From contig CAZFKS010000001.1 of NCBI GenBank assembly GCA_964519725.1, positions 49,406-113,405 of the forward strand: a DNA stretch of 64,000 nucleotides, in the 5' to 3' direction. Below the pieces are notes generated by a model. It did no database searches, was not told where the DNA came from, and saw only the letters and a list, made by a program, of their open reading frames with translations. The DNA is from an uncultured Gammaproteobacteria bacterium (lineage in GTDB: Bacteria; Patescibacteriota; Patescibacteriia; Magasanikbacterales; UBA922). Of this stretch, positions 10,256 through 19,484 are shown one piece after another. Both the position numbers and the translations under genes were made by a program. Each line of letters starts with the position of its first letter. Positions within the stretch are counted from its first letter, which is position 1.

Positions 10256-10349
10256 TCAACCAGTGCGGTGGAGCTAACGGCTAGTGGTCTCTAAGGTGAG
10301 ATAAGGCCAAAGTTAGCAAAGATATCGCGGCAGTGGTTGATGTTTTTTT
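10256..10349 (+). terminator. long hairpin (10-bp stem ATCAACCAGTG/CAGTGGTTGAT enclosing ~60 nt) followed by T7 run; terminator or attenuator between infA and rpmJ
   Basis: inverted repeat read directly, followed by gttttttt. Confidence 0.4.
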
Positions 10350-10373
10350 GCACTTATTTAAGTTTATTTATTT

Positions 10374-10511
10374 ATGAAGGTACAAGCATCGGTCAAGACC
10401 CGTTGCAAAGACTGTAAAGTCATCCGCCGCCAGGGCGTTGTCTTTATTATTTGCAAAAACCCTCGCCACAAACAACGCCAGGGTAAAAAGCAACGTCGCA
10501 AAGCGGCTTAA
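10374..10511 (+). CDS. rpmJ: 50S ribosomal protein L36 (not in ORF track, <60 aa)
   Basis: [37 protein letters not shown]... classic L36 zinc ribbon. Confidence 0.85.
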   Translation: MKVQASVKTRCKDCKVIRRQGVVFIICKNPRHKQRQGKKQRRKAA

Positions 10512-10529
10512 GCTTAATTTAATATATCT

Positions 10530-10916
10530 ATGAGAGTTGCCGGAGTAACTATCCCAAAAGACAAGCGCCTCGTGATTGCGCTTACCTATGTCTACGGTAT
10601 TGGTCCAACCACTGCCAAGAAAATTTTGAGTACTGCTAAAATTTCAGAATCAACTCGGGTTAAAGAATTGTCAGAAGCCCAAGAAGACATGATCCGCACC
10701 ATGGTGGAAAAACAACACACCACTGAAGGTGATTTGCGCCGCCAAATTCAAGCTAATATCAAACGCCTCAAAGATATCAAAGCGCACCGTGGAATTCGCC
10801 ACATGCGCCACCTTACAGTTCGTGGTCAACGCACCAAGACTAATTCTCGGACTGTTCGCGGCAATAAGCGCAATCTTGCCACCAGTGGTAAGAAGCCAGC
10901 GGCTCAAAAGACCTAA
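10530..10916 (+). CDS. rpsM: 30S ribosomal protein S13
   Basis: [25 protein letters not shown]... Confidence 0.9.
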   Translation: MRVAGVTIPKDKRLVIALTYVYGIGPTTAKKILSTAKISESTRVKELSEAQEDMIRTMVEKQHTTEGDLRRQIQANIKRLKDIKAHRGIRHMRHLTVRGQRTKTNSRTVRGNKRNLATSGKKPAAQKT

Positions 10917-10934
10917 TCTTAGTACTTGATTTGT

Positions 10935-11324
10935 ATGGCAGAAAAAAAAGTTGTTAAGAAGAAAAAAGTAGTCAAGGTGGTTCCACACGGACACGCCTAT
11001 GTTCAAGCTACTTTCAACAATACCATTGTGACCATTACTGACCAAAACGGCGATGTGCTGGGTTGGGCTAGTGCTGGTGGCGCTGGATTTAAAGGCCCAA
11101 AGAAAGCGACTCCTTATGCCGCTGGTATGGTCGTAAAGAAAGTTTTGGAAGCGATCAAAGAAGTTGGCCTAAAAGAAGTGAATGTTTACGTTAAAGGCGT
11201 AGGTGGCGGCCGTGAAGGTGCGATCCGCGCGTTTAACACTAACAATGTTCAGGTTTTGTCAGTTAAAGATGAAACCCCGATTCCACACAATGGTTGTCGG
11301 CCACCTAAGCGTCGTCGCGTTTAA
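10935..11324 (+). CDS. rpsK: 30S ribosomal protein S11
   Basis: ...HGHAYVQATFNNTIVTITD...KGPKKATPYAA... Confidence 0.9.
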   Translation: MAEKKVVKKKKVVKVVPHGHAYVQATFNNTIVTITDQNGDVLGWASAGGAGFKGPKKATPYAAGMVVKKVLEAIKEVGLKEVNVYVKGVGGGREGAIRAFNTNNVQVLSVKDETPIPHNGCRPPKRRRV

Positions 11325-11333
11325 TCTACACCT

Positions 11334-11957
11334 ATGGGAAGATATACTGGTCCTAAAAATAAAATTGCTCGCCGCTTTGGTTTGAACCTTGGTCTTAAAA
11401 CCAACCCAACCAAAGTTGCTAAACGTTTGGCGCAAATGCCTGGCGTTCATGGCCCAAACAAACGTCCGAAGGCCCCATCAAGTTTTGGTCGCCAACTTTT
11501 GGAAAAACAAAAAGCTAAATTCATCTATGGTATTCGCGAAGCTCAGCTCCGCCGCTACGTTGATGAAGCAACTCGCGTAAAAGGTAACTCTGGAACCATG
11601 TTACTCCAAGCTCTGGAAATGCGTTTTGATAACGTCATTTACCGCCTTGGTTTTGCTGGTACTCGCGCTCAAGCTCGTCAAATGGTGACTCACGGCATGT
11701 TTATGCTTAATGGCAAAAAAATGTCAGTGGCTTCACACGTTGTGGAAGTTGGTGATGTAGTTTCAATCAAGCCTTCAAAAGCCAAGAAAAAATTATTTGA
11801 TGGCATGAATGAAAAACTCGAAACTGCCAAATTGCCATCATGGGTAACCGTTGAACCTAAAAATTTGACTGGTAAAGTAGTAAGTATGCCTACAGCTGAT
11901 GATGTGGAACATCTCTTTGATGTAACCCTCATCATTGAATACTTCTCAACTCGTTAA
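11334..11957 (+). CDS. rpsD: 30S ribosomal protein S4
   Basis: MGRYTGPKNKIARRFG... S4 N-terminus and S4 RNA-binding domain. Confidence 0.9.
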   Translation: MGRYTGPKNKIARRFGLNLGLKTNPTKVAKRLAQMPGVHGPNKRPKAPSSFGRQLLEKQKAKFIYGIREAQLRRYVDEATRVKGNSGTMLLQALEMRFDNVIYRLGFAGTRAQARQMVTHGMFMLNGKKMSVASHVVEVGDVVSIKPSKAKKKLFDGMNEKLETAKLPSWVTVEPKNLTGKVVSMPTADDVEHLFDVTLIIEYFSTR

Positions 11958-11977
11958 TTTTAATTATACCTGTCCCT

Positions 11978-12670
11978 ATGGACCACATTTTATTACCTTC
12001 AACCATAGAATTTCAGGACACTGACAACCCAAAAGTTGGTAAATTGGTGTTGTCACCATGTCACCAAGGTTATGGTACAACCTTAGGTAACGCTCTTCGC
12101 CGCGTACTCTTGTCTTCAATTCCAGGTGCGGCGGTTGAAGCCGTTAAAATTGACGGTGTTGACCATGAATTCAGTGCTATCCCAGGCGTACTTGAGGATG
12201 TTGTACAGGTAATTCTTAACCTCAAACAACTCGCGGTTAAACTTCACTCTGACGGTCCAGTTAAATTGGCCCTTAAGAAAAAGGGGATTGGCGATGTTAC
12301 GGCCGCTGATTTTGAATCAAACGCTGATCTTGAAGTAATTAACAAAGATTTAAAAATTGCCACCATTACTGATGCTAAAGTTAACTTTGGTTTAGAAGTA
12401 ATTATTGGTAAAGGCCTTGGGTATGTGCCAGCCTCTGAAAAGAGTAGTAAGAACCTTGATCTGGGCACCACTCTGGTAGATTCATTCTACTCAGCAGTGC
12501 GCGATGTAGGCTATGATGTTGAAAATACTCGTGTCGGTGATATCACTGACTATGAAAAATTGACCGTAACTATTGAAACCAATGGTACTATCTCACCCCG
12601 AGAGGCAGTCCATGGGGCTACGGAAATTCTCATGAAACATTTCACGAGTATTCTTGATACGACTAAATAA
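11978..12670 (+). CDS. rpoA: DNA-directed RNA polymerase alpha subunit, N-terminal domain only (230 aa, no alpha-CTD)
   Basis: RpoA NTD sequence, position between rpsD and rplQ; ORF ends ~100 aa short of canonical length. Confidence 0.8.
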   Translation: MDHILLPSTIEFQDTDNPKVGKLVLSPCHQGYGTTLGNALRRVLLSSIPGAAVEAVKIDGVDHEFSAIPGVLEDVVQVILNLKQLAVKLHSDGPVKLALKKKGIGDVTAADFESNADLEVINKDLKIATITDAKVNFGLEVIIGKGLGYVPASEKSSKNLDLGTTLVDSFYSAVRDVGYDVENTRVGDITDYEKLTVTIETNGTISPREAVHGATEILMKHFTSILDTTK

Positions 12671-12672
12671 AT

Positions 12673-13023
12673 ATGCGACACCAGAAACAAAGCGTAAAGC
12701 TTGGTCGCCTGGCTGGCCCACGCAAAGCCCTTCTCCGGAGCTTGGCCGAAAGCTTGATTGTGCACGGTGGTATTACCACCACTTTGGCCAAAGCCAAAGC
12801 TGTGCGCACCATGGTTGAACCACTCGTTACCAAAGCTAAACATGGCAAACCAGCTGATTTAGAAAAAATCAGTAGTGTTTTGTACACCACTAAAGCCAAA
12901 ACTGCTTTACTGAAAGAAATTGCTCCACGTTACACTGAGCGCCGTGGTGGTTACACTCGGATTATTAAACTGGGCAACCGTTTCAATGACAGTGCAGAAA
13001 TGGCCAGAATTGAATTTGTCTAA
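12673..13023 (+). CDS. rplQ: 50S ribosomal protein L17
   Basis: MRHQKQSVKLGR... L17. Confidence 0.9.
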   Translation: MRHQKQSVKLGRLAGPRKALLRSLAESLIVHGGITTTLAKAKAVRTMVEPLVTKAKHGKPADLEKISSVLYTTKAKTALLKEIAPRYTERRGGYTRIIKLGNRFNDSAEMARIEFV

Positions 13024-13024
13024 T

Positions 13025-13369
13025 ATGAAAACCATTGAAATTAATGCTGAAGGTCGCGCTGTGGGCCGAGTCGCCAGTGAAGTGGCCAAAGCCCTCCAAG
13101 GCAAGGCTGAGGCTGGTTACACTCCACACCTTGACCCAGCCATCAAAGTGGTGGTTCTAAACGCTGGTAAAGTAATTTTCACTGGTCGGAAATTAGCCCA
13201 AAAAGATTTCCGCCACCACACTATGCACCCAGGTGGTTTGAAAGTTAAATCAATGAAATCAGTGTTTGTCAAAGATCCAACCGAAGTCATGCGTCACGCT
13301 GTGGCTGGAATGCTCCCAAAGAACCGCCGCCGCGATGAATTCATGAAACGTTTATCTGTGAAAGCATAA
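13025..13369 (+). CDS. rplM: 50S ribosomal protein L13
   Basis: internal ATG 13025 (MKTIEINAEGRAVGR...) right after rplQ stop. Confidence 0.85.
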   Translation: MKTIEINAEGRAVGRVASEVAKALQGKAEAGYTPHLDPAIKVVVLNAGKVIFTGRKLAQKDFRHHTMHPGGLKVKSMKSVFVKDPTEVMRHAVAGMLPKNRRRDEFMKRLSVKA

Positions 13370-13373
13370 TCCT

Positions 13374-13778
13374 ATGGCTGAAAAAACAACAAACCAAACT
13401 GAACGCGCTGTTGGTCGCCGCAAAACTGCTGCCGCTCGCGTGCGTCTTTCAGCTGGTACTGGTGAAGTAACGGTAAATGGTAAAGAACTCAAAGTTTACT
13501 TCCCACTTAAACTCTGGCAAGAAAAAGTAATGGCTCCACTCATGGTCGCTGGCCGCGAAAAGCAACTTAATGTGTCTATTCGCGTGGCTGGTGGTGGGGT
13601 TAGTGGTCAAGCTGAGGCGGTTCGCCACGGTATTGCCCGCGCTTTAGTTCGTTGGAACGCAGATTTGAAACCAGCGCTCCGCGCCGAAGGTTACTTAACT
13701 CGTGACCCACGGGCTAAAGAACGTAAGAAACCTGGTCTCCACAAAGCTCGCCGTGGTCACCAATGGAGAAAGCGTTAA
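13374..13778 (+). CDS. rpsI: 30S ribosomal protein S9
   Basis: S9 sequence ending ...KARRGHQWRKR. Confidence 0.9.
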   Translation: MAEKTTNQTERAVGRRKTAAARVRLSAGTGEVTVNGKELKVYFPLKLWQEKVMAPLMVAGREKQLNVSIRVAGGGVSGQAEAVRHGIARALVRWNADLKPALRAEGYLTRDPRAKERKKPGLHKARRGHQWRKR

Positions 13779-13846
13779 TCTTTCACAAACAAAAAATCCT
13801 CCGACTGGGGGATTTTTTATTTTCCGGAAGATGCTATACTAGGGCC

Positions 13847-15271
13847 ATGAATGTTGCCCGTAACACTGCGATCATGATCATTGGGTCAGTGGGTCAGAAA
13901 ATTATTTCACTGGCCTTTTTTACGCTACTCGGACGAGTTTTTTTAACCAAACCTGAGTTTGGCGACTACACTGCGGCCCTGGCTTTTTCCACTTTGTTTG
14001 TTGTTTTCATTGATCTTGGGCTCAATAATTTATTGATTCGTGACGGAGCGCAAGATCACAAACGCTTATCTAGTTTAGTCACGGAAATTTTAAGCATTAA
14101 ATTAGTAACTGGGATTTTGGCATACCTAGCCATGCTTGGGACTGGCTTACTACTACATTTTGATAAACATTTTTTGACCTTAATTTCCATTACTGGCCTG
14201 GCCATGTTACTTGATGCGACCCACTTAACTTTTTACGGATATTTGCGCGCCAAAGGGGAGTTACATTATGAAGCCAAAGCCTTAACTGGCAGTCAAATTC
14301 TCACCGTGGCAATTGGTTTAACTGGCTTATTACTGGGTGCTAAAGTACTATTTTTACTCTCTGCTTTTGTGGTTACGTCCCTGGCCAATGTTTTATTTAG
14401 TTACAACCGCGCTCGCGCCCACGGCCTAGTTTTTACTCTGGAAAAACCAGACTTAGCGCGACTCAAAAAAATTCTCCTGATTTCCTGGCCATTTGCATTG
14501 GCCCTTATTTTTGGGCGGTTTTATTCGTACAGCGACGTAATTATTTTAAAAAGTTTAAAAGGGAGTAGTGAAGTGGCCGTGTACAGTGCGCCGTCAAAAA
14601 TTTCGTTTGCGTTTCAATTTATTCCGCTCGCGTTTATTGCGGCGCTTTACCCACGGCTCAGTGAACTAGCTAAAATTAATCAGGCAAAGTTCCGCGAAGC
14701 GATTAGTTTTGCCATCAAATATTTATTGTTAATTTCAGTACCAATTAGTGTGGGTATGTTTATTTTAGCCAAGCCCATTATCTTAGTTACACTCAGTGAT
14801 AAATTTTTAAGTAGCGTACCATCACTCCAAATTTTAATTTTTAGTTTAATTTTTTCATTCATTAGTTTTCCGCTGGGCGCGGCACTCAATGCCAGTGGAC
14901 ATGAAAAAAAACAAACTTGGCTGACTGGATTTACCTTACTCATTAATGTCCTCGCCAACCTAGCGTTTATTCCACGTTTTGGTGCAACCGGCGCAGCCAC
15001 AGCCGCCCTAGTGGGCAATATTTGCCTTGGCACAGCTGGATTTTTCCTGTTACCAAAACACTTAAAAGCTGACTGGTCGATTTTAACACCAGTGTTACTA
15101 AAATTAATTTTTGTGGTTGGACTCATGGCTGGGACAGTCTTAGAAACTTACCAATTCACTAGTAATGTATTCTTGGCAATTGGTACGGGCGGGATCATGT
15201 ACGTGGGTGCCTTGTGGTTATCTGGACTACTAAAACTCTCAGAACTTAAACAATTACGCGCTAAAGTATGA
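13847..15271 (+). CDS. polysaccharide biosynthesis/MOP-superfamily flippase (Wzx/MurJ-like)
   Basis: ~14 TM helices, typical polysaccharide-export flippase layout; start at ATG 13847. Confidence 0.6.
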   Translation: MNVARNTAIMIIGSVGQKIISLAFFTLLGRVFLTKPEFGDYTAALAFSTLFVVFIDLGLNNLLIRDGAQDHKRLSSLVTEILSIKLVTGILAYLAMLGTGLLLHFDKHFLTLISITGLAMLLDATHLTFYGYLRAKGELHYEAKALTGSQILTVAIGLTGLLLGAKVLFLLSAFVVTSLANVLFSYNRARAHGLVFTLEKPDLARLKKILLISWPFALALIFGRFYSYSDVIILKSLKGSSEVAVYSAPSKISFAFQFIPLAFIAALYPRLSELAKINQAKFREAISFAIKYLLLISVPISVGMFILAKPIILVTLSDKFLSSVPSLQILIFSLIFSFISFPLGAALNASGHEKKQTWLTGFTLLINVLANLAFIPRFGATGAATAALVGNICLGTAGFFLLPKHLKADWSILTPVLLKLIFVVGLMAGTVLETYQFTSNVFLAIGTGGIMYVGALWLSGLLKLSELKQLRAKV

Positions 15272-16398
15272 AGAAAACTTTAATCATTACGCTTGAGTAT
15301 CCACCACAAGTCGGCGGGATTGCCACGTATGTAAAAAATTTAGGTGAAGCTTTACCAATCGAAAGCACAGTAATTTTAGCGCCGTTTGTCAAAGACATAA
15401 AAGACAGTGAAACCGGGCCTAAAATCATTCGCCGCAAAATGTTTTACCGATTACTTTGGCCGCACTGGTTAAAATTATTTTGGCAAGTACGAAAAATTGT
15501 AAAAAAAGAAAAAATTGAAGTGATCATGCTCCACCACATTTTACCAGTGGGGTATGTGGCGGTACTGATTAAATTTTTCCGTAAAATTCCGTTTGTGATT
15601 TTTTCGCACGGAACTGATATTGCGGCAGCTAGTCGTAAACCATGGAAACGCAAAATGGTGGTCATGGTGTGTAAGCGCGCCGCCCAAATTATTTGTAACA
15701 GCGAGTCACTACTTCGCCGCTTTACTTTAAATTTTCCTGAATTCACGAGTAAAGCCAGTGTAATTTACCCTGGCCCTGATCAAATCTTTTTTGCCCCGCC
15801 TGACACAGAAAAAGTTAACCAAATTGCTGAACAACTGGCGATTAGTGGCCGCCCCACCATTATTTCCATTGCGCGCATGGTTGAGGGAAAAGGCTTTCCC
15901 CATCTGGTCCGCGTGGTTAAACAAGTGGCTGACAAAGCGCCGAGTTTGTCCTGGATTATTATTGGCACTGGGCCAAAATTAGGTGAAGTAATTGCTGAAG
16001 TGCAAAATAATTCCTTGCAAAATATTGTCCGGTTTATTGGTGAAGTGCCACACACTGATTTACCTAATTATTTTCACACTAGTTCGATTTTTGCGCTATT
16101 AACTCACCCAGATAATGGTTTTGAAGAAGGGCTTGGTCTAGTATTTTTGGAAGCCGCGGCCGCTGGTCTGCCCTGTATTGCGGGCAAAAGTGGGGGAGTA
16201 GAGGAAGCCGTGGTCCACGGCAAAACTGGTTTTGTGTTTGATGTATACCGCAATCAACCTGATATTGTTGAGGCGCTACTGTATTTAATTAATAACCCAG
16301 AAGCGGCCAAACAAATGGGCGCCGCTGGCCGCGCCCGCATCAGTAGTGAGTTCAATTTCAAAAATCAAGTCAAAAAATTAGAATCTTGGCTTAACTGA
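15268..16398 (+). CDS. glycosyltransferase family 1 (GT4)
   Basis: C-terminal EGLGLVFLEAAAAGLPCIAGKSGG motif of GT1 enzymes. Confidence 0.7.
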   Translation: MKKTLIITLEYPPQVGGIATYVKNLGEALPIESTVILAPFVKDIKDSETGPKIIRRKMFYRLLWPHWLKLFWQVRKIVKKEKIEVIMLHHILPVGYVAVLIKFFRKIPFVIFSHGTDIAAASRKPWKRKMVVMVCKRAAQIICNSESLLRRFTLNFPEFTSKASVIYPGPDQIFFAPPDTEKVNQIAEQLAISGRPTIISIARMVEGKGFPHLVRVVKQVADKAPSLSWIIIGTGPKLGEVIAEVQNNSLQNIVRFIGEVPHTDLPNYFHTSSIFALLTHPDNGFEEGLGLVFLEAAAAGLPCIAGKSGGVEEAVVHGKTGFVFDVYRNQPDIVEALLYLINNPEAAKQMGAAGRARISSEFNFKNQVKKLESWLN

Positions 16399-16423
16399 CA
16401 AAAATTTTTGGCCATGGTATAAT
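16395..16423 (+). promoter_or_regulatory. promoter CTGACA-17-TGgTATAAT; start codon 9 nt after -10 (leaderless-type)
   Basis: sequence read directly. Confidence 0.35.
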
Positions 16424-16432
16424 ACGTTCGCT

Positions 16433-16855
16433 ATGCCCAAAGAAAAAGAATCAGCTCTCGGACGCGTGTTTCTGGCACGTTGGTTTTTGTTTTTGCTTTT
16501 GGGCCTGGTAATTATTATTGCCGTTGGGTATGCGCGCGCCTATTATGAAGATTATCAAGTACGTCAACAGATCAGTGCCCTAGAAAAAGAAGTGGAGGCT
16601 TTGCAAAAGAAAAAATTCACCTCACTAGAACTTTTAGAACGGGCCAATACGGAAAGTTTTTTAGAAGAAAAAGCCAAAACCGAACTTAACCTCAAAAAAC
16701 CCGACGAGAATGTGCTCATAATTCCGGAAATTGATGACGCGGCCACAGCCCAGGCTGAATCAGCCCTAAAACCAACCGCTGAAGAGGCCCCCTTGAGTAA
16801 CCCACGCAAATGGTGGTATTATTTTACTACTCAATTTACCGGCTCAAAACCCTAA
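16433..16855 (+). CDS. FtsB/DivIC-like septum-formation protein (N-terminal TM + coiled coil)
   Basis: single TM then VRQQISALEKEVEALQKKK coiled coil; weak family assignment. Confidence 0.35.
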   Translation: MPKEKESALGRVFLARWFLFLLLGLVIIIAVGYARAYYEDYQVRQQISALEKEVEALQKKKFTSLELLERANTESFLEEKAKTELNLKKPDENVLIIPEIDDAATAQAESALKPTAEEAPLSNPRKWWYYFTTQFTGSKP

Positions 16856-16879
16856 TCAAAACCTTTAATTTAAACTTAT

Positions 16880-17917
16880 ATGTCAGAAGAACCAGTAGTG
16901 ACCACCGCAGAACCAACCGTAACCGAAGAAGCTGCTCCTAGCGAAACCAACCCAGTCACAAAAGCCCCTAAAAACGTGCTTTGGCTTGGCCTAGGCGTGG
17001 CCGCCATCCTTGGCCTCCTGATTGTTTCTGGTGTCGCTGTTTACGGCGTCTACAATGTATCTGAAAATCCATTTGTAGTTAAGACCGCTTCAGTCCTTGG
17101 CCTGTCAGTCGCCAAAGTTAATGGTGAGTCAATTTCATACCGTGATTATGTGACTGATCTTAAGTCACTCCGCGTGTATTACCAGACCCAAGGTACAGCC
17201 TCACCTTATAGTGCCACCCAAGAATCTGATCAAGTGCTTAGTCGTTTAATTGCCAACCAATTAGTCGTTGATACAGCCCGCGAAATGAATATTACCGTCA
17301 GCGACGAAGAACGAGAAGCTGCTAAAAAAGATATTTTATCGCGCTTTGATAATGATGAGACTAAATTAGCCACTGATATTCAAACTAACCTTGGTCTTAG
17401 TTTGCCAGAATTTTATAAACGCGTGTTAGAGCCAACCCTGCTCGAACGCAAAATGGCCGAAGAGTTCGCCAAAAATACTGACCCAAAGTACGCGGCTTTC
17501 ACTACTGAACAAGCCCGGGCGCGTCATATTTTATTCCAAGTAGCTGACCCAAAAGACGATGCTAAAGTTAAGGCACAGGCCGAAAAAGTTTTGGCTGAAA
17601 TTAAAAAAGGCGCAGACTTTGCGGCCAAAGCCAAACAATATGGTACGGATGGTACCAAAGACAATGGGGGAGACCTAGGTTATTTTGGCCGCGGCGATAT
17701 GGTTAAAGAATTTGAAGACGCTGTCTTTGCGCTAAACAATGGCGAACTGGCTAAAGCTCCAGTTAAAACTCAATTTGGTTATCACTTAATTAAATTAGAA
17801 GAAAAACGGACCGCGCGCGACTTTACTTCATTTATGAATGAACGTTTGCGCACTGCAACTATTAGTGTGTTCGGCAAAGTGCATAACCCATTTGAAAATC
17901 TGACAGCTAAATCATAA
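16880..17917 (+). CDS. PpiC-type (parvulin) peptidyl-prolyl cis-trans isomerase, membrane anchored
   Basis: ARHILF...GGDLGYFGRGDMVKEFEDAVFAL...FGYHLIKLEE parvulin domain. Confidence 0.7.
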   Translation: MSEEPVVTTAEPTVTEEAAPSETNPVTKAPKNVLWLGLGVAAILGLLIVSGVAVYGVYNVSENPFVVKTASVLGLSVAKVNGESISYRDYVTDLKSLRVYYQTQGTASPYSATQESDQVLSRLIANQLVVDTAREMNITVSDEEREAAKKDILSRFDNDETKLATDIQTNLGLSLPEFYKRVLEPTLLERKMAEEFAKNTDPKYAAFTTEQARARHILFQVADPKDDAKVKAQAEKVLAEIKKGADFAAKAKQYGTDGTKDNGGDLGYFGRGDMVKEFEDAVFALNNGELAKAPVKTQFGYHLIKLEEKRTARDFTSFMNERLRTATISVFGKVHNPFENLTAKS

Positions 17918-17935
17918 GAGGAGTTTCTCCTCTCT
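17918..17935 (+). terminator. short hairpin GAGGAG-TTT-CTCCTC after ppiC, directly abutting tRNA-Gly (processing or terminator hairpin)
   Basis: inverted repeat read directly. Confidence 0.35.
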
Positions 17936-17936
17936 T

Positions 17937-18007
17937 GCGGGTATTGTATAATGGTAATACGCGACCTTCCCAAGGTTGAGTCAGGAGTTCGATTCTCCTT
18001 ACCCGCT
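17937..18007 (+). tRNA. tRNA-Gly(CCC)
   Basis: manual cloverleaf: acceptor GCGGGTA/TACCCGC, D-stem GTAT/ATAC, anticodon loop TTCCCAA, T-loop TTCGATT, discriminator U. Confidence 0.8.
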
Positions 18008-18028
18008 CTAATTTTTAACCATATTTCT

Positions 18029-18544
18029 ATGGAAACTCCTGCTGTAACTAGTGGTGATCGTACTCGGTACATTGCCGCTGGTGTAGGAATTATTATTTTA
18101 GCGGCAATTACAGCCATGGCGTTTAGTAATAAAGACGATGAACAAAAATCTGCTGACTCTGCGCCCACCAATACTACAGCTGAAGTAACCACTTCAACCA
18201 CGACGCCAAACACAACCACAGTGGATACGGGCGATAAAACCACCAATGTTAAAGCTAAACCAAAAACTGCCAAACCATTTGCTAGTTACCAAAAAGCTTT
18301 AGAAAGTTATCAATATAAATTCCAATTTGTTAATTGCACCGCAGTCCCAGCCAAGCTCACCTTTAAACAAGGTGTAAAAGTAATGTTAGACAACCGCGAT
18401 GCAGTTGCCCGCACCATTGGGATTGGTAACACCAAATATACCATTCAAGCTTACGACTTTGTCATTGCCACGGCTCCAGCCGCTGGTAATTATGCCCTCA
18501 CTTGCGCTGGCCGCACAGTGGGTGAAGTTAAAACCCAAAAATAG
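18029..18544 (+). CDS. membrane-anchored Thr-rich hypothetical protein
   Basis: ORF from ATG 18029 (upstream part of 17951 ORF overlaps tRNA-Gly); TM segment then T-rich linker. Confidence 0.35.
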   Translation: METPAVTSGDRTRYIAAGVGIIILAAITAMAFSNKDDEQKSADSAPTNTTAEVTTSTTTPNTTTVDTGDKTTNVKAKPKTAKPFASYQKALESYQYKFQFVNCTAVPAKLTFKQGVKVMLDNRDAVARTIGIGNTKYTIQAYDFVIATAPAAGNYALTCAGRTVGEVKTQK

Positions 18545-18545
18545 G

Positions 18546-18574
18546 TTGACTTAGACTTTTTCTAGAGCTACAAT
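18546..18574 (+). promoter_or_regulatory. promoter TTGACT-17-TACAAT for tRNA-Thr
   Basis: read directly; -10 ends 12 nt before tRNA 5' end. Confidence 0.5.
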
Positions 18575-18586
18575 AATCCGGCTTAG

Positions 18587-18659
18587 GCCGGTGTAGCTCA
18601 GTTGGTAGAGCGGCACATTCGTAACGTGCAGGCCACCAGTTCAATCCTGGTCATCGGCT
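18587..18659 (+). tRNA. tRNA-Thr(CGU)
   Basis: manual cloverleaf: acceptor GCCGGTG/CATCGGC (G5:U), D-stem GCTC/GAGC, anticodon loop TTCGTAA, T-arm ACCAG-TTCAATC-CTGGT. Confidence 0.8.
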
Positions 18660-18663
18660 CAGA

Positions 18664-18689
18664 AAAACACCCACTCGGGTGTTTTTTGC
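18664..18689 (+). terminator. rho-independent terminator ACACCCACTCGGGTGTTTTTT
   Basis: hairpin plus T-run read directly. Confidence 0.6.
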
Positions 18690-18693
18690 TGGG

Positions 18694-18722
18694 TTGACTT
18701 TTTCTTTCTACTATGGTATATT
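18694..18722 (+). promoter_or_regulatory. promoter TTGACT-17-TATATT driving the high-GC lipoprotein gene
   Basis: read directly; AT-rich native-like promoter, GGAG RBS 8 nt before ATG 18806. Confidence 0.5.
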
Positions 18723-18805
18723 GTTTTGTCCTGAACCAGCTTCTGTGAACTTTTATAAGTTTAGAGGAGCTGGGTCAGACCGAGCACAACCATTGGAGTC
18801 ATTCC

Positions 18806-19246
18806 ATGTACCGTTCCGTGCTCGTCGTTCTGTTCACCGTTCTCTCCACTTCCTGCACCACGACCCAGGTCGTCACCGACCCGCCGGCGCCCGCCTACGT
18901 CCGCGACCCGCGGCTCGGAGGCGACCCCGAGGCCCCGGAACCCGAAGTACTGAAGATCTTGGTGGAGCAGTTGAGCTCCGTTCCGGGCCTCTACCTCTTC
19001 AACCCGAAGAAGGGTGAGCTCGCCCCCGTGGAAAACGGCTACATCTACCGCTCGAAGGCGCACGTGATCACGACGATCACGGACCTGAGCGGAGAGTGGT
19101 ACTGCCAAGCCCGGGTGAGCTACTGGTTCACGAAGGACCAGACGAAGCGGTACTACTACCGCCTGAAGGGCTTCTCCATCAACGGCGGTGAGCCGTGCAG
19201 CCTGGAGCTACTCCTGAAGGACGAAGACCTGTCACCGCCCGACTAA
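18806..19246 (+). CDS. high-GC (~65%) secreted/lipoprotein-like hypothetical protein
   Basis: signal peptide MYRSVLVVLFTVLSTSC; GC3-rich codon usage unlike every neighbouring gene; alternative frames 18679..19017 and minus 18761..19108 are GC-frame artefacts. Confidence 0.45.
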   Translation: MYRSVLVVLFTVLSTSCTTTQVVTDPPAPAYVRDPRLGGDPEAPEPEVLKILVEQLSSVPGLYLFNPKKGELAPVENGYIYRSKAHVITTITDLSGEWYCQARVSYWFTKDQTKRYYYRLKGFSINGGEPCSLELLLKDEDLSPPD

Positions 19247-19293
19247 TGTCGCTCGTGAGTCGAGGCGACGCCGGCGCGGAGAACGAACACGAA

Positions 19294-19365
19294 AACCCGT
19301 TCGCCCGCCTGCTCTTAATCTAAATTTGGATTCAGAGCAGGAGGAAAAGCGAACGGGTTTTTTGT
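19294..19365 (+). terminator. large compound hairpin terminator (AACCCGTTCGC...GCGAACGGGTT + T-run)
   Basis: 11-bp outer stem with inner 8-bp stem, followed by TTTTTTG. Confidence 0.6.
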
Positions 19366-19484
19366 TTACGACTTAATATTAAGTCGATTTTTTATCTCAA
19401 TCTAAACAAAAATAAACTTTAAAATAATTAATATTTTCTTGAGGAAAATTTAAGCTGTACTTTGTTACTATTAATTTGGTGGAA

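Noticed and set aside
17951-18028. N-terminal 26 codons of the 197-aa ORF beginning at 17951
   Set aside because: They overlap tRNA-Gly (17937..18007). The start was moved to the internal ATG at 18029.
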